A stretch of DNA of 64,000 bases, from assembly GCA_045632285.1 (NCBI GenBank), contig JAZQWJ010000069.1, positions 235 to 64,234 on the forward strand, read 5' to 3'. Numbering within the stretch: position 1 is the first letter of the stretch; the number at the start of each line of letters is the position of its first letter. Made by a program: the position numbers and the translations under genes. Below the pieces are notes generated by a model. That model was not told the origin of the DNA. It worked only from the letters and a program-made list of their open reading frames with translations, and did not search any database. Positions 36,481-46,194 of the stretch are shown here, one piece after another. The DNA comes from Eubacteriales bacterium (lineage in GTDB: Bacteria; Bacillota; Clostridia; Oscillospirales; CAG-272).

Positions 36481-36777
36481 ATGAAACGTATAGCGCTGAT
36501 CCTTATGACGCTTGCCGTGCTGCTGGTGTTTGCCTCCTGCGGCAATCAGGATTGCCTTGACACCAACTATACTATGGAATACATCGTGATCCACGAGGGA
36601 GAGGAGTATGTGCTTCATACGGTGGACTCCTGGGGCGATTCGCAAAGCGACTCGGTCACTGTGACCACCGCCTGCTGTGGCAATTACATCTGGACCTCGG
36701 TCAACAGTGCAACGCTTTATCGCAGCAAGCCCTCTCAAAAGGCATATACACACGTGTGCCATGGAGAAAATCCGTAA
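36481..36777 (+). CDS. Small hypothetical lipoprotein
   Basis: It has a signal peptide with lipobox (LLVFASCGN). It is 98 aa and I recognise no domain. Confidence 0.5.
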   Translation: MKRIALILMTLAVLLVFASCGNQDCLDTNYTMEYIVIHEGEEYVLHTVDSWGDSQSDSVTVTTACCGNYIWTSVNSATLYRSKPSQKAYTHVCHGENP

Positions 36778-36858
36778 GGAAATTGCAAAAAGACGAGCTG
36801 GGTTGGTGTTAACGTGGGATTTTGACAAAAAATCGCCTTGGATCTGCCCAAATCGCTC

Positions 36859-36887
36859 TTGACAATATTTGCAAAACGTGGTATAAT
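36859..36887 (+). promoter_or_regulatory. Consensus sigma-A promoter driving the riboswitch and P-type ATPase
   Basis: TTGACA (36859-36864), a 17-nt spacer, then TATAAT (36882-36887). Confidence 0.7.
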
Positions 36888-36894
36888 TTTTGAC

Positions 36895-37011
36895 AACCGT
36901 GAGGGAGTAGTTACGCCGCTGTGCGGATATGTCAACATCACTGGCCGAAAGGTCTGGCATATCTTGATTAACGAGACTCATGTAGGGGAATGCTCTACAT
37001 GAGTCTTTTTT
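36895..37011 (+). promoter_or_regulatory. yybP-ykoY (Mn2+) riboswitch with intrinsic terminator expression platform
   Basis: The conserved elements GAGGGAGUAG (36901-36910), AUGUCAACAU and GGCAUAUCUUGAUUAACGAGAC match the yybP-ykoY consensus as I recall it. The 3' aptamer strand (GAGAC) overlaps the 5' arm of the terminator AGACTCATGTAG / CTACATGAGTCT followed by TTTTTT (36974-37011). Confidence 0.7.
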
Positions 37012-37062
37012 GGCATTTACGGCAATATCCTCTCACTTGCCCAATGGGCAGAAAGGAGCAAT

Positions 37063-39750
37063 ATGAAGCATTATTTGGAAGAAAGCTCTGCGGTTCTTTG
37101 TGAGCTGCAAAGCGGCACCGAGGGCCTTTCCGAGCAGGAGGCCGCCGCGCGCCTGGAGAAAAACGGCAAGAACAAGCTGGCCGAGGGTAAGAAGGAATCC
37201 CTTTTGCACCGCTTCCTCAAGCAGCTGGCCGAGCCGATGACCATCATCCTGCTGGTGGCTGCTGCCATTGCTGCAGGTATGGAGATCTACAACGGTGTGC
37301 AGAGCGGTCATTGGGAGTTCCCCTTTGACGTTGTGATCATTCTGGCCGTCGTTATCATCAACGCAGTGCTGGGCGTATTTCAGGAAAGCAAGGCTGAAAA
37401 GGCCATAGAGGCGTTGCAGGAGATCGCCGCAGCCACCTCTAAGGTCATCCGTGACGGCAAGCAGATCACGGTGCATAGCGAGGACCTTGTGGTGGGCGAT
37501 ATCATCGTGTTGGAGGCCGGCGATGCCGTTCCTGCCGATGCACGTATCATCGAATGCGCCTCGATGAAGATCGAGGAGGCCGCCCTGACCGGCGAGTCGG
37601 TGCCTGTTACCAAGCAGGATAGCGCACTTTCTGCAAACGCCAACGGCGACGTGGCGCTGGGTGACCGCAAGAATATGGTGTTTATGGGCTCTACCGTGGT
37701 CTACGGCCGCGGCAAGGCTGTGGTGGTCGCCACCGGTATGGATACCGAGATGGGTAAGATCGCCGACGCGCTTGCCAACGCACAGGAGGGCAAGACCCCC
37801 CTGCAGATCAAGCTGGCAGGCCTTTCTAAGATCCTGACCTATCTGGTTATCGGCATTTGTGTTGTTGTGTTTGGCATCAACGTGATCCGTGCATTGGCAA
37901 CGGGCTCCGGCTTTGGATTTGCCGTGGCAATGGACTTCTTTATGGTTGCCATCTCACTGGCGGTTGCCGCCATCCCCGAGGGCCTCGCCACCGTTGTGAC
38001 CATCGTGCTGTCTATCGGTGTCACCAATATGTCCAAGCGCAATGCCATCATCCGTAAGCTGACCGCAGTAGAGACCCTGGGCTGCACCCAGATCATCTGC
38101 TCGGATAAGACCGGTACCCTGACCCAGAACAAGATGACCGTGGTGGATCATTACGGCTGCGACGAAAAGCTGCTGGCTACCGCTATGTCCATGTGCTCGG
38201 ATGCCGAGTTTGATCGCGATGCAAAGACCGCCGTGGGCGAGCCCACCGAGTGCGCGCTGGTCAACTATGCCGAAAAGCTGGGTATGGATAAGAATGATCA
38301 GAAGAAGGAATACGTCCGTGTGGGCGAGGTTCCCTTTGACTCGATGCGCAAGATGATGACCACCGTTCATAACGTGAACGGTACGTTGGTGCAGTTCACC
38401 AAGGGCGCACCTGACGAGATCCTGAAGCGCTGCACCACTGCCGTGACCGAGCAGGGTGAGGTGCCCATGACCGAGGAGATCCGCAGCGAGATCCTTGCCG
38501 CCAATAAGGGTATGGCCGATCAGGCGCTGCGCGTGCTGGCCGCCGCCAAGAAGAGCCTTGCCGCCGAGCCCGCCGTTTACGAGGCCGAGGCTGTGGAGTG
38601 CGATCTGTGCTTTGTGGGCCTTGTGGGTATGATCGACCCCGTCCGTCCCGAGGTCAAGCCCGCCATTGACCAGTGCCGCTCTGCAGGCATCCGTCCCATT
38701 ATGATCACCGGCGACCACAAGGATACCGCTGTGGCCATCGCGATGCAGCTGGGCATCATCGAGAATGCTTCTCAGGCCATCACCGGTGCCGAGCTTGACA
38801 ACATCTCCGACGAGGAGTTTGAAACTGCCGTTGAAAAGTATTCGGTCTACGCCCGTGTACAGCCCGAGCATAAGACAAGAATCGTCAACGCTTGGCGTAA
38901 AAAGGGCAAGGTCACTGCGATGACCGGTGACGGCGTCAACGACGCGCCCTCCATCAAAAACGCCGACATCGGCGTGGGCATGGGCATTACCGGTACCGAC
39001 GTGACCAAAAACGTGGCCGATATGATCCTGGCCGACGATAACTTTGCCACCATCGTTTCTGCCGCCGGCGAGGGTCGCCGTATTTACGACAACATCCGCA
39101 AGGCCATCCAGTTCCTGCTGGCCTCCAACCTCTCTGAGGTGCTGTCCATCTTCTTTGCAACGCTGCTTGGTTTTGCGATCTTCCAGCCCGTGCAACTGCT
39201 GTGGATCAACCTGATCACCGACTGCTTCCCCGCATTGGCGCTGGGTATGGAAAAGCCCGAGGCTGACGTGATGAAGCGCAAGCCCCGTGACAGCCGCGAG
39301 GGTATCTTTGCGGGCGGTCTTGGCGCCGCCGTGGTCTATCAGGGTGTGTTTGTGACCCTGATCACCTTGATCTCTTATTTTGTGGGCCACTGGTACGAGA
39401 CCGGCAATCTTGAGATCACCAACAGCGTACACGGTACGACTATGGCGTTTTTGACCCTTGCTATGTGTGAGGTGTTCCATTCCTTTAATATGCGCTCGCT
39501 GCGCGGTTCTATCTTTACCATCAAGGGCCAGAACAAGTGGCTGTGGGGCGCAGGTCTGCTTTCGCTCGTCCTGACCTCTGTGGTCGTGCTGATCGAGCCT
39601 GTTGCAAAGGCCTTTAGCATGACGCCCATCGACGCTGCCGAATATTTCATTGCCATGGGCCTTGGTCTGTGCATCATTCCCTTGGTTGAGATCGTTAAGC
39701 TGGTGCATCGCATCATCGACAAAAAGCGCGGCGTGACCCACGCAGCCTAA
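37063..39750 (+). CDS. P-type (P2-like) cation-transporting ATPase, candidate Mn2+/Ca2+ exporter
   Basis: AAAGGAG RBS. It has TGES (LTGESVPV), the phosphorylation site CSDKTGTLTQN, and the MTGDGVNDAPS hinge, with 10-TM architecture. The ion assignment is inferred from the upstream riboswitch. Confidence 0.9.
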   Translation: MKHYLEESSAVLCELQSGTEGLSEQEAAARLEKNGKNKLAEGKKESLLHRFLKQLAEPMTIILLVAAAIAAGMEIYNGVQSGHWEFPFDVVIILAVVIINAVLGVFQESKAEKAIEALQEIAAATSKVIRDGKQITVHSEDLVVGDIIVLEAGDAVPADARIIECASMKIEEAALTGESVPVTKQDSALSANANGDVALGDRKNMVFMGSTVVYGRGKAVVVATGMDTEMGKIADALANAQEGKTPLQIKLAGLSKILTYLVIGICVVVFGINVIRALATGSGFGFAVAMDFFMVAISLAVAAIPEGLATVVTIVLSIGVTNMSKRNAIIRKLTAVETLGCTQIICSDKTGTLTQNKMTVVDHYGCDEKLLATAMSMCSDAEFDRDAKTAVGEPTECALVNYAEKLGMDKNDQKKEYVRVGEVPFDSMRKMMTTVHNVNGTLVQFTKGAPDEILKRCTTAVTEQGEVPMTEEIRSEILAANKGMADQALRVLAAAKKSLAAEPAVYEAEAVECDLCFVGLVGMIDPVRPEVKPAIDQCRSAGIRPIMITGDHKDTAVAIAMQLGIIENASQAITGAELDNISDEEFETAVEKYSVYARVQPEHKTRIVNAWRKKGKVTAMTGDGVNDAPSIKNADIGVGMGITGTDVTKNVADMILADDNFATIVSAAGEGRRIYDNIRKAIQFLLASNLSEVLSIFFATLLGFAIFQPVQLLWINLITDCFPALALGMEKPEADVMKRKPRDSREGIFAGGLGAAVVYQGVFVTLITLISYFVGHWYETGNLEITNSVHGTTMAFLTLAMCEVFHSFNMRSLRGSIFTIKGQNKWLWGAGLLSLVLTSVVVLIEPVAKAFSMTPIDAAEYFIAMGLGLCIIPLVEIVKLVHRIIDKKRGVTHAA

Positions 39751-39775
39751 AAACAAAAAGCACCTGTGACCGCGG

Positions 39776-41164
39776 TCACAGGTGCCTTTTGTTTTGCAAA
39801 AGAGAGTATAATTTTTCCAGTCCCTCCTGTAGCGCGGTGGGCTCAAGCCCTGCGTAATTCAATACCGCAGTGTGCGTGTCGGGGCGAAGGCCGTCAATGC
39901 GATAATCCTGCAAAAATGTAATACGTATGCCTGATTTTTGCGCCAAAAGGCGCAGTTCCTCATCCGAGCGGGCGGTTTTGACCTCCACCAAAAAGTGGAG
40001 ACCCGCATCGGCCTCTTTGATGGTGATGTGCCCGGAGAAGGGGGAACTCTTCAGCATCCCGATCACCGCATCCCGCCTTGCGCGGTAAAAGGTGCGCATG
40101 CGCCGCAGGTGCGTAGAGAAATGCCCCTCGGCAATAAAGCGCGCCAGCGTATACTGCTCGAAGGCAGGCACAGGGCAGGCGTAAAAGCCAAGTAGCTTGT
40201 GATAGCGGGAGAGCAGCGCTTGGGGGAGCACCATATAGCTGATACGCATAGAGGGGGCAATGGTTTTAGAAAAGGTGTTGATGTACACCACGCGGTCGGC
40301 GGCATCCATACTGAACAGGGGCAGGATGGGGCGGCCGGAAAAGCGGAATTCGCTGTCGTAATCATCCTCGATGATATAGCGGTCGCCTGCCTGTGCCCAA
40401 GCAAGCAGAGCGCGCCGTCGGGCGGCCGAGGTCACGGCTCCGGTGGGGTAATGATGGGCGGGGGAAAGGTGAAGCGCGTTGACGTCGGCAAGATCCTTTT
40501 CGGTAACGCATACGCCCTCGGGGTCTACGTCGACAGGCTTAAAACTCACCCCGTTCAGGGCGTAAATGCGTGCGATCTTGGTGTGGCCGGGGTTTTCAAG
40601 TCCATAGCGGCGCTCTTTTCCAAGCAGCTGGAGCAGCAGATGATACAGGTATTCGGTGCCCGCACCGATCACGATCTGGGCGGGGCTGACCTCCATGCCG
40701 CGCTCCTCCATCAAATAGGTGGCAATGGCGTTGCGCAGTGCGGGGGCACCGGTAGAGGGCAGGGGAGCAAGCAGCCCTTCGCCCTCCTCGCTCAGCACGC
40801 GGCGCATCAGGCGCGCCCACAGGGAAAAGGGAAAGCGAGAGCCGTCGGTGGTGCCCGTAGGTGGCTCGGTCGTTGGGGCGTGACGGGTGGGCTCGTGTAC
40901 GGGGTGGGACGTAATGTCGCGGTCAAGCGCGGGCAGGGCGGCCACAAAATAGCCATAGCGCTCTCTTGCCTCGATATACCCCTCTGCGATCAGCTGCTCA
41001 TAGGCGTTTTGCACGGTGTTGACGCTGATGCCGTGATGCTCGGCCAATCGGCGCTTAGAGGGTAGACGCTCACCGGGGGCAAGAGCACCGGAGCGGATGT
41101 CGGCGCGGAGCGCCGCGGGCAGCAGGTCGCAAAGCTTACCGCCCTCAAGGTCATACGTATGCAC
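39776..41164 (-). CDS. MocR/GabR-type regulator (GntR HTH fused to PLP aminotransferase-like domain)
   Basis: The GTG at 41164 lies 6 nt after GGGAGGTA. It has a GntR HTH LPSKRRLAEHHGISVNTVQNAYEQL and a fold-type-I aminotransferase domain (..YINTFSKTIAPSMRISY.., with a PLP lysine candidate). Confidence 0.85.
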   Translation of the reverse strand: MHTYDLEGGKLCDLLPAALRADIRSGALAPGERLPSKRRLAEHHGISVNTVQNAYEQLIAEGYIEARERYGYFVAALPALDRDITSHPVHEPTRHAPTTEPPTGTTDGSRFPFSLWARLMRRVLSEEGEGLLAPLPSTGAPALRNAIATYLMEERGMEVSPAQIVIGAGTEYLYHLLLQLLGKERRYGLENPGHTKIARIYALNGVSFKPVDVDPEGVCVTEKDLADVNALHLSPAHHYPTGAVTSAARRRALLAWAQAGDRYIIEDDYDSEFRFSGRPILPLFSMDAADRVVYINTFSKTIAPSMRISYMVLPQALLSRYHKLLGFYACPVPAFEQYTLARFIAEGHFSTHLRRMRTFYRARRDAVIGMLKSSPFSGHITIKEADAGLHFLVEVKTARSDEELRLLAQKSGIRITFLQDYRIDGLRPDTHTAVLNYAGLEPTALQEGLEKLYSLLQNKRHL

Positions 41165-41357
41165 GGTCGATACCTCCCTTTCGTTTGAAGGATCCTTGCT
41201 TTTATTGTAGCACATTTTACCTGTTTCGGCAAGTCAAAAAAAATCAGTCCCGTGATGGGGCCGAAAACATCGCGATTGACATTTAAACGTAAATATGTTA
41301 TACTGGTGTGCGAAATGAAGGCGCGCTGGGACGTGCCGAGCGCATCAAGGAGAAAAT

Positions 41358-42461
41358 ATGAAAAAAACAGCAGTTTTTCTGTGCCTTGTCCTATTGGCCT
41401 GCTTGCTTTGTGCCTGCGGCGGGCATACGCATACACTGACCTATTATGAGGCAGTTGCTCCCACCTGTGGCAAGGCGGGCAGCATCAGCCATTGGCATTG
41501 CGACGGCTGCGGCCAAAATTTTTCCGATCAGGCGGGCAGTATGCCGATCGCCGAGGCAGCTATGGCCGTGGCACCGACGGGCAAGCACGCGTTTAACGGC
41601 GTGGATGCTTGTATGCTTTGCGGCGAAAAAATGGAGGGGGAGCGTGGCGAGCCCTTTACGCTGAACAGCGATGGTGAATCCTATACCTTTTCGGGGGGCA
41701 TTCGGGCCGATCAGATCCTGATCCCCGAGACCTATAAGGGGAAGCCCGTGACTGCCATTGGCGCGGACGCCTTTCGACGTAACAGTGGATTGCGCCGCAT
41801 CGTGATCCCGAACAGCGTGACCGAGATCGGCGCGGGCGCCTTTGCAGATTGCAGCGGATTGCTTGAGATCACCTTGGGCGATGGCGTTCGTCGGATCGGT
41901 GAAAATGCCTTTTCGGGCTGCGCTATGCTTAAAAAGGTGCAGGTTTCGGACGTTTCGGTCTGGCTTGGTATCACCTTTGAAAACGCCGTTGCCAACCCCT
42001 TTAGCTATGCAAAGGAGCTTTACGTTAAGGGGGGACTGATGACGGACATCGTGGTGCCTGCCGGCGTGACCGAGATCAAGCCGTATGCCTTTTATAATAT
42101 GCCCTCGCTGATCTCGGTGCGATTGCCCGACAGTGTGAGCAAGATCGGTGATGCCGCTTTTTACGCTTGCAGCCGTATGGAGCGCTGCACCCTGTCAGAG
42201 GGGCTGCGTGAGATCGGCGCCGAGGCCTTTGACTTTTGCCGCAGCCTGAAAATGCTGACGTTGCCCCAAAGCCTTGTCAAGATCGGCGCGGGCGCCTTTG
42301 GACGCTGCACCTCGCTTGTTGACGTGACCTTTGCCAATACCGAGGGGTGGAGCTATAACGGCACCGCACTGATGCCCGCAGAGCTGGCGACCCCTGCCGT
42401 GGCCGCCTCTTATCTGACGGTCTCTCACATTTTGGAGCCGTGGCTTTGCGGCGAGGATTGA
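41358..42461 (+). CDS. BspA-like leucine-rich-repeat surface lipoprotein with N-terminal Cys/His module
   Basis: It has a lipobox LLCACGG. The N-terminal module is HTLTYYEAVAPTCGKAGSISHWHCDGCGQNFSD. It is followed by repeats of the type IPNSVTEIGAGAFADCSGL. Confidence 0.8.
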   Translation: MKKTAVFLCLVLLACLLCACGGHTHTLTYYEAVAPTCGKAGSISHWHCDGCGQNFSDQAGSMPIAEAAMAVAPTGKHAFNGVDACMLCGEKMEGERGEPFTLNSDGESYTFSGGIRADQILIPETYKGKPVTAIGADAFRRNSGLRRIVIPNSVTEIGAGAFADCSGLLEITLGDGVRRIGENAFSGCAMLKKVQVSDVSVWLGITFENAVANPFSYAKELYVKGGLMTDIVVPAGVTEIKPYAFYNMPSLISVRLPDSVSKIGDAAFYACSRMERCTLSEGLREIGAEAFDFCRSLKMLTLPQSLVKIGAGAFGRCTSLVDVTFANTEGWSYNGTALMPAELATPAVAASYLTVSHILEPWLCGED

Positions 42462-42473
42462 TAGATAGAGCAA

Positions 42474-42508
42474 GGAGCCTGCGCCCCGGGGGCGCAGGCT
42501 CCTTTTTG
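42474..42508 (+). terminator. Rho-independent terminator
   Basis: GGAGCCTGCGCCC-CGG-GGGCGCAGGCTCC followed by TTTTT. Confidence 0.85.
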
Positions 42509-42678
42509 TTGTCGCCCTGCGGGGCAAAAGGGCTGATTTTGGAAAAATTCATGAAAATATCACAAAAGAAAGCGCCAAAACTATCATTTGGCGGTTGATT
42601 ATTATTATTAAATATGTTATAATATAAACTGGATTTTTGCGAAAGCAGAAAAGAACATACCGAAAGGATCCTGTTTTT

Positions 42679-43755
42679 ATGATTAAGATCGATCATCTGG
42701 TCAAGCATTACGGCGCAAACTGTGCCGTGGACGATATCAGCTTTGAGATCGCTCAGGGTGAGATCGTTGGCTTTCTTGGCCCCAACGGTGCCGGCAAGAG
42801 CACCACGATGAATATTTTGGCGGGCTACCTTTCCTCCTCGGCCGGGCGCGTTATGGTGGATGGACTGAACGTGCTGGACGAGCCCTTGGAGGTCAAGCGT
42901 CGCATCGGCTATCTGCCCGAGCAGCCGCCCCTTTATCCCGAAATGACCGTGGAAGAATATTTGACCTTTGTATATAACCTTAAGGGCTGCACGCTCAACC
43001 GCGCAAAGCACCTGGAGGAGATCTGCGACGTGGTCAAGATCAAGGACGTTTACAAGCGCCTGATCCGCAACCTTTCTAAGGGCTATAAGCAGCGCGTGGG
43101 CATTGCGCAGGCGCTGATCGGCAATCCGCCCGTCATTATTTTTGACGAGCCCACCGTGGGACTTGACCCCAAGCAGATCATTGAGATCCGCAACCTGATC
43201 CGCACCTTGGGAAAGGATCATACGGTCATCCTTTCCACTCACATCCTGCAGGAGGTGCAGGCCGTTTGCGACCGCATCATTATCATCAACAAGGGCAAGG
43301 TCGTGGCCGACGAGTTGACCGAAAACATCAATCGCGTGGCCGAGGGCAGCCGCCGCTATCGCGTTAAGATCTGCGGCCCCCAGCGCGAGGTGATGAATAT
43401 GCTCAACGCCCGCTCTGATATATCCTTTGTCGAGGCACAGGCAGGCCGAGACGGCGATGCCTACGTCTATATGATCGAGGCGCAGCCCAACGTGGATATG
43501 CGCAAGTCGCTGTTTTATACGCTGGCCGAGCGCGGCTGGCCGATGATCGGTATGGAGGCAATGGGCATGAGCCTTGAGGACGTGTTTATTTCCATTGTCA
43601 ACAAGAGCAACGCGCCCGATGGGCTGAAGCCCCGCGGTGGCAGAAACCGCCGTGGCCGCACCGCCACCGATCTTGAGCAGGATCTGGCCCAGTCTATTCT
43701 GGATGCCACTGCCGAGCAGCAAAAGAGCATTGCCCCCTACGAGGGCGAGGATTGA
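42679..43755 (+). CDS. ABC-2-type transporter ATP-binding protein (GldA-like) with C-terminal extension
   Basis: The ATG at 42679 begins MIKIDHLVKHYG. It has Walker A GPNGAGKST, signature LSKGYKQR and Walker B IIFDEPT. An extra tail of about 60 aa is Arg-rich and acidic. Confidence 0.85.
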   Translation: MIKIDHLVKHYGANCAVDDISFEIAQGEIVGFLGPNGAGKSTTMNILAGYLSSSAGRVMVDGLNVLDEPLEVKRRIGYLPEQPPLYPEMTVEEYLTFVYNLKGCTLNRAKHLEEICDVVKIKDVYKRLIRNLSKGYKQRVGIAQALIGNPPVIIFDEPTVGLDPKQIIEIRNLIRTLGKDHTVILSTHILQEVQAVCDRIIIINKGKVVADELTENINRVAEGSRRYRVKICGPQREVMNMLNARSDISFVEAQAGRDGDAYVYMIEAQPNVDMRKSLFYTLAERGWPMIGMEAMGMSLEDVFISIVNKSNAPDGLKPRGGRNRRGRTATDLEQDLAQSILDATAEQQKSIAPYEGED

Positions 43756-43809
43756 CGCCGTAAGGCTTAACCCAAAGAAAGGAGCATCGGCCCTTGCCGA
43801 TAAACTGTT

Positions 43810-44559
43810 ATGTTTGCTATTTTCAAAAAAGAGCTGCGCGCGTATTTCACCACCCCCGTGGGCTACGTGTTTGCCGGTATCTTTTTGGCTGCGGCAGCCT
43901 TGATCTGTGCCACCACCACCTATGGCGCGGACGAGCCCAGCTATGATACCACCTCTTATTTTCAGTATCTGATCTTCACGTTCGTTATTCTGATCCCGCT
44001 TTTGACCATGCGTTTGTTTTCCGAGGAAAAGAAGATGCGCACCGAGCAGCTGCTGCTGACCTCTCCCATTACCATTACGGGTATGGTGTTTGGCAAGTTC
44101 CTGGCAGCCTTTACGCTGTTCCTTTCCAGCATTTTGGTTTCTTGTATAAACTTTTTCCCGCTGTGGTCTTATGCAATGTCCGAGCGGGCTGCCTCCAGCA
44201 GCAACGCCCACGTGGGCCCCGTTGCGGGTGAGCTGTTCGGCTGTATGATCGGTGTGATCCTGATCGGTGCCTGCTTTATTGCCGTGGGTCTGTTCATTTC
44301 TTCTTTGACCGAGAGCCAGCTGTCTGCCGCAGTCATCAGCATTGCCGCTATCATCGTCATGGTGCTGGCGGGCATGTTCAATTCTTACATCGGCGTTGAG
44401 TGGATCCGCTCGGTGCTGAATTGGGTCTCTGTGCTGAGCCGCTTTGATACCTTTGCAAAGGGCTTGTTTGATTTTTCTGCCCTGCTTTATTATTTGTCGA
44501 TTTCCGGTGTATTTTTGTTCCTGACGGTGCGCGTTTACGAAAAGCGCCGCTGGGGCTGA
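43810..44559 (+). CDS. ABC-2-type transporter permease (GldF-like)
   Basis: MFAIFKKELRAYFTTPVGYVF.. has a typical ABC-2 permease N-terminus and 6 TM segments. Confidence 0.8.
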   Translation: MFAIFKKELRAYFTTPVGYVFAGIFLAAAALICATTTYGADEPSYDTTSYFQYLIFTFVILIPLLTMRLFSEEKKMRTEQLLLTSPITITGMVFGKFLAAFTLFLSSILVSCINFFPLWSYAMSERAASSSNAHVGPVAGELFGCMIGVILIGACFIAVGLFISSLTESQLSAAVISIAAIIVMVLAGMFNSYIGVEWIRSVLNWVSVLSRFDTFAKGLFDFSALLYYLSISGVFLFLTVRVYEKRRWG

Positions 44560-44574
44560 TGGGAGGTGTTACGG

Positions 44575-46194
44575 ATGAACGTTTTAAAAAGCAAAAAGGT
44601 CCGCTATGGCAGCGTTTCCGTGGCACTGACGGTGGCGATCATTGCCGCTGTGATCCTGGTCAATGCCATCGTTACCGCGTTGGTGCATAAAAACGAGCTG
44701 TATCTGGATATGACCGCAGAGAATGTGTTTACCCTTTCGGATACGGCCAAGGAATATCTGGCACCCATTTCCGAAAATCAGCGCCGCGTTAAGATCATCT
44801 TCTGCGCCGCGGAGGATGAGATCGAGGCCGACCCCTATATTTACTATGCTTACCATACCGCCAAGGATATCCGCGAGGAGCTTGGTGACGAGTGTGTAGA
44901 GCTGGAATTTGTAGACATCATCAAAAACCCCACCAAGCTAAAGCCCTATTTCACCGGGGAAAGCACCACGCCCAATGCCTATGCCATCATTTTGGCCGGT
45001 CAGGTCAAGGATGAAAACGGCGAGTGGAAGGATGCCTATTCTCAGGTCTACAGCGCCACTGCACTGTTCCTTGGAGACAGCAGCGGTAACGTGATCGGCT
45101 ATAACGGCGAGCAGCGACTGGTCTCCGGTATCCTGACCGTGACCCAATCCGAGCAGCCCGTGGTCTGCTTTACCACCAATCACGGTGAGACCTCGCCCGA
45201 GGGCACGGCCTTTAAGGTGCTGCTGGAGGACTGCGGCTTTAAGGTCAAGACCATTGACCTTTGGAACGAGGAGATCGATCCCGATTGCACCCTTGTGGTC
45301 ATCAACAACCCCACCAGCGATTTCAAGGCTGTCAGCGAGTACAGCAAGATCTCTGAGATCACCAAGCTGGAAAGATTTTTGGATGAAAAGAAGGCCCTGA
45401 TGGTCTTTATGAACAGCGAGACCGGCAGCGACTATGGCGTGGGCGGCAGACTGCCCAATCTGGAGGATCTTTTGGCCCAGTGGGGCATTGGTCTTTCCCG
45501 CCAGACCGACGACAGCGGCCTGATGAGCAGCTGCTATATGATCGAGGAGAGCAGCGAGGATAAGCTTAGCTCCGTGGTCAACGTGGGCACGTATATCAAG
45601 GGCGGTCTCGGTCGCTCGATCAACGCAAAGCTGCTTGCCAGACCCGAGCAGCCTGCGGTTCTGTTCCCCCGTCCTGCTGCACTGATCAATACCTATACCG
45701 ATTTTGATCAGCAGACCGACAGCAAGAGCGGCGTGGAGTACAGAGTCTATAAAAACGATTCCAATATGACGGGTCGCCGCTGCTATGACGTGTTTACCTC
45801 CTCTACGGGGGCAAGCGCTATGCTGAACGGCAGTGCGGCAGCCCTAACAGGCCCCTTCTCGTATATGAAGATCACCCAGGAAACGCACGAGGATCATAAC
45901 GCCGCCTCCGGCGAGTCCTATTCTTACGTGTTGGCCTGCTCCTCGACGGATTTTGTGGCCAACGGTGCGTTGGTGGGACAGTACGGCAACCATGCCGTTT
46001 TGACCCGCGCCTGCCATGAGATGGGTGCCAGCAAGATCTCGGTCTCGATCGACGCCAAGTACTTTACCGACAATACCATTGAAAGCATTACCGTAGGTGC
46101 CATCAACACCTATACCGTGGTGCTGACCGCGGTCCCCGCTTTGGCCATCTTTGTAACGGGCATTGTGATTATGGTAAGGAGAAGATACAGATGA
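44575..46194 (+). CDS. GldG-like ABC-transporter auxiliary protein
   Basis: The ATG at 44575 lies 8 nt after GGGAGG. It has N- and C-terminal TM anchors around a large external domain, and it sits after the GldA/F-like genes. Confidence 0.65.
   Translation: MNVLKSKKVRYGSVSVALTVAIIAAVILVNAIVTALVHKNELYLDMTAENVFTLSDTAKEYLAPISENQRRVKIIFCAAEDEIEADPYIYYAYHTAKDIREELGDECVELEFVDIIKNPTKLKPYFTGESTTPNAYAIILAGQVKDENGEWKDAYSQVYSATALFLGDSSGNVIGYNGEQRLVSGILTVTQSEQPVVCFTTNHGETSPEGTAFKVLLEDCGFKVKTIDLWNEEIDPDCTLVVINNPTSDFKAVSEYSKISEITKLERFLDEKKALMVFMNSETGSDYGVGGRLPNLEDLLAQWGIGLSRQTDDSGLMSSCYMIEESSEDKLSSVVNVGTYIKGGLGRSINAKLLARPEQPAVLFPRPAALINTYTDFDQQTDSKSGVEYRVYKNDSNMTGRRCYDVFTSSTGASAMLNGSAAALTGPFSYMKITQETHEDHNAASGESYSYVLACSSTDFVANGALVGQYGNHAVLTRACHEMGASKISVSIDAKYFTDNTIESITVGAINTYTVVLTAVPALAIFVTGIVIMVRRRYR

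Noticed and set aside
37954-39846. A 630-aa minus-strand ORF. Similar long antisense ORFs occur at 166-1623, 7184-8470, 9657-10865, 24157-25698, 25577-26602, 26641-27570, 29185-30084, 30157-31236, 35219-36466, 42277-44211, 55690-57201, 57571-58482 and 63428-63997.
   Set aside because: Each is antisense to a gene with strong, motif-supported homology, such as the P-ATPase, ABC, YidC, LDH, PFK and MtlD-like genes. Their translations are His/Arg/Gly-rich without domains. They are an artefact of GC-rich codon usage.
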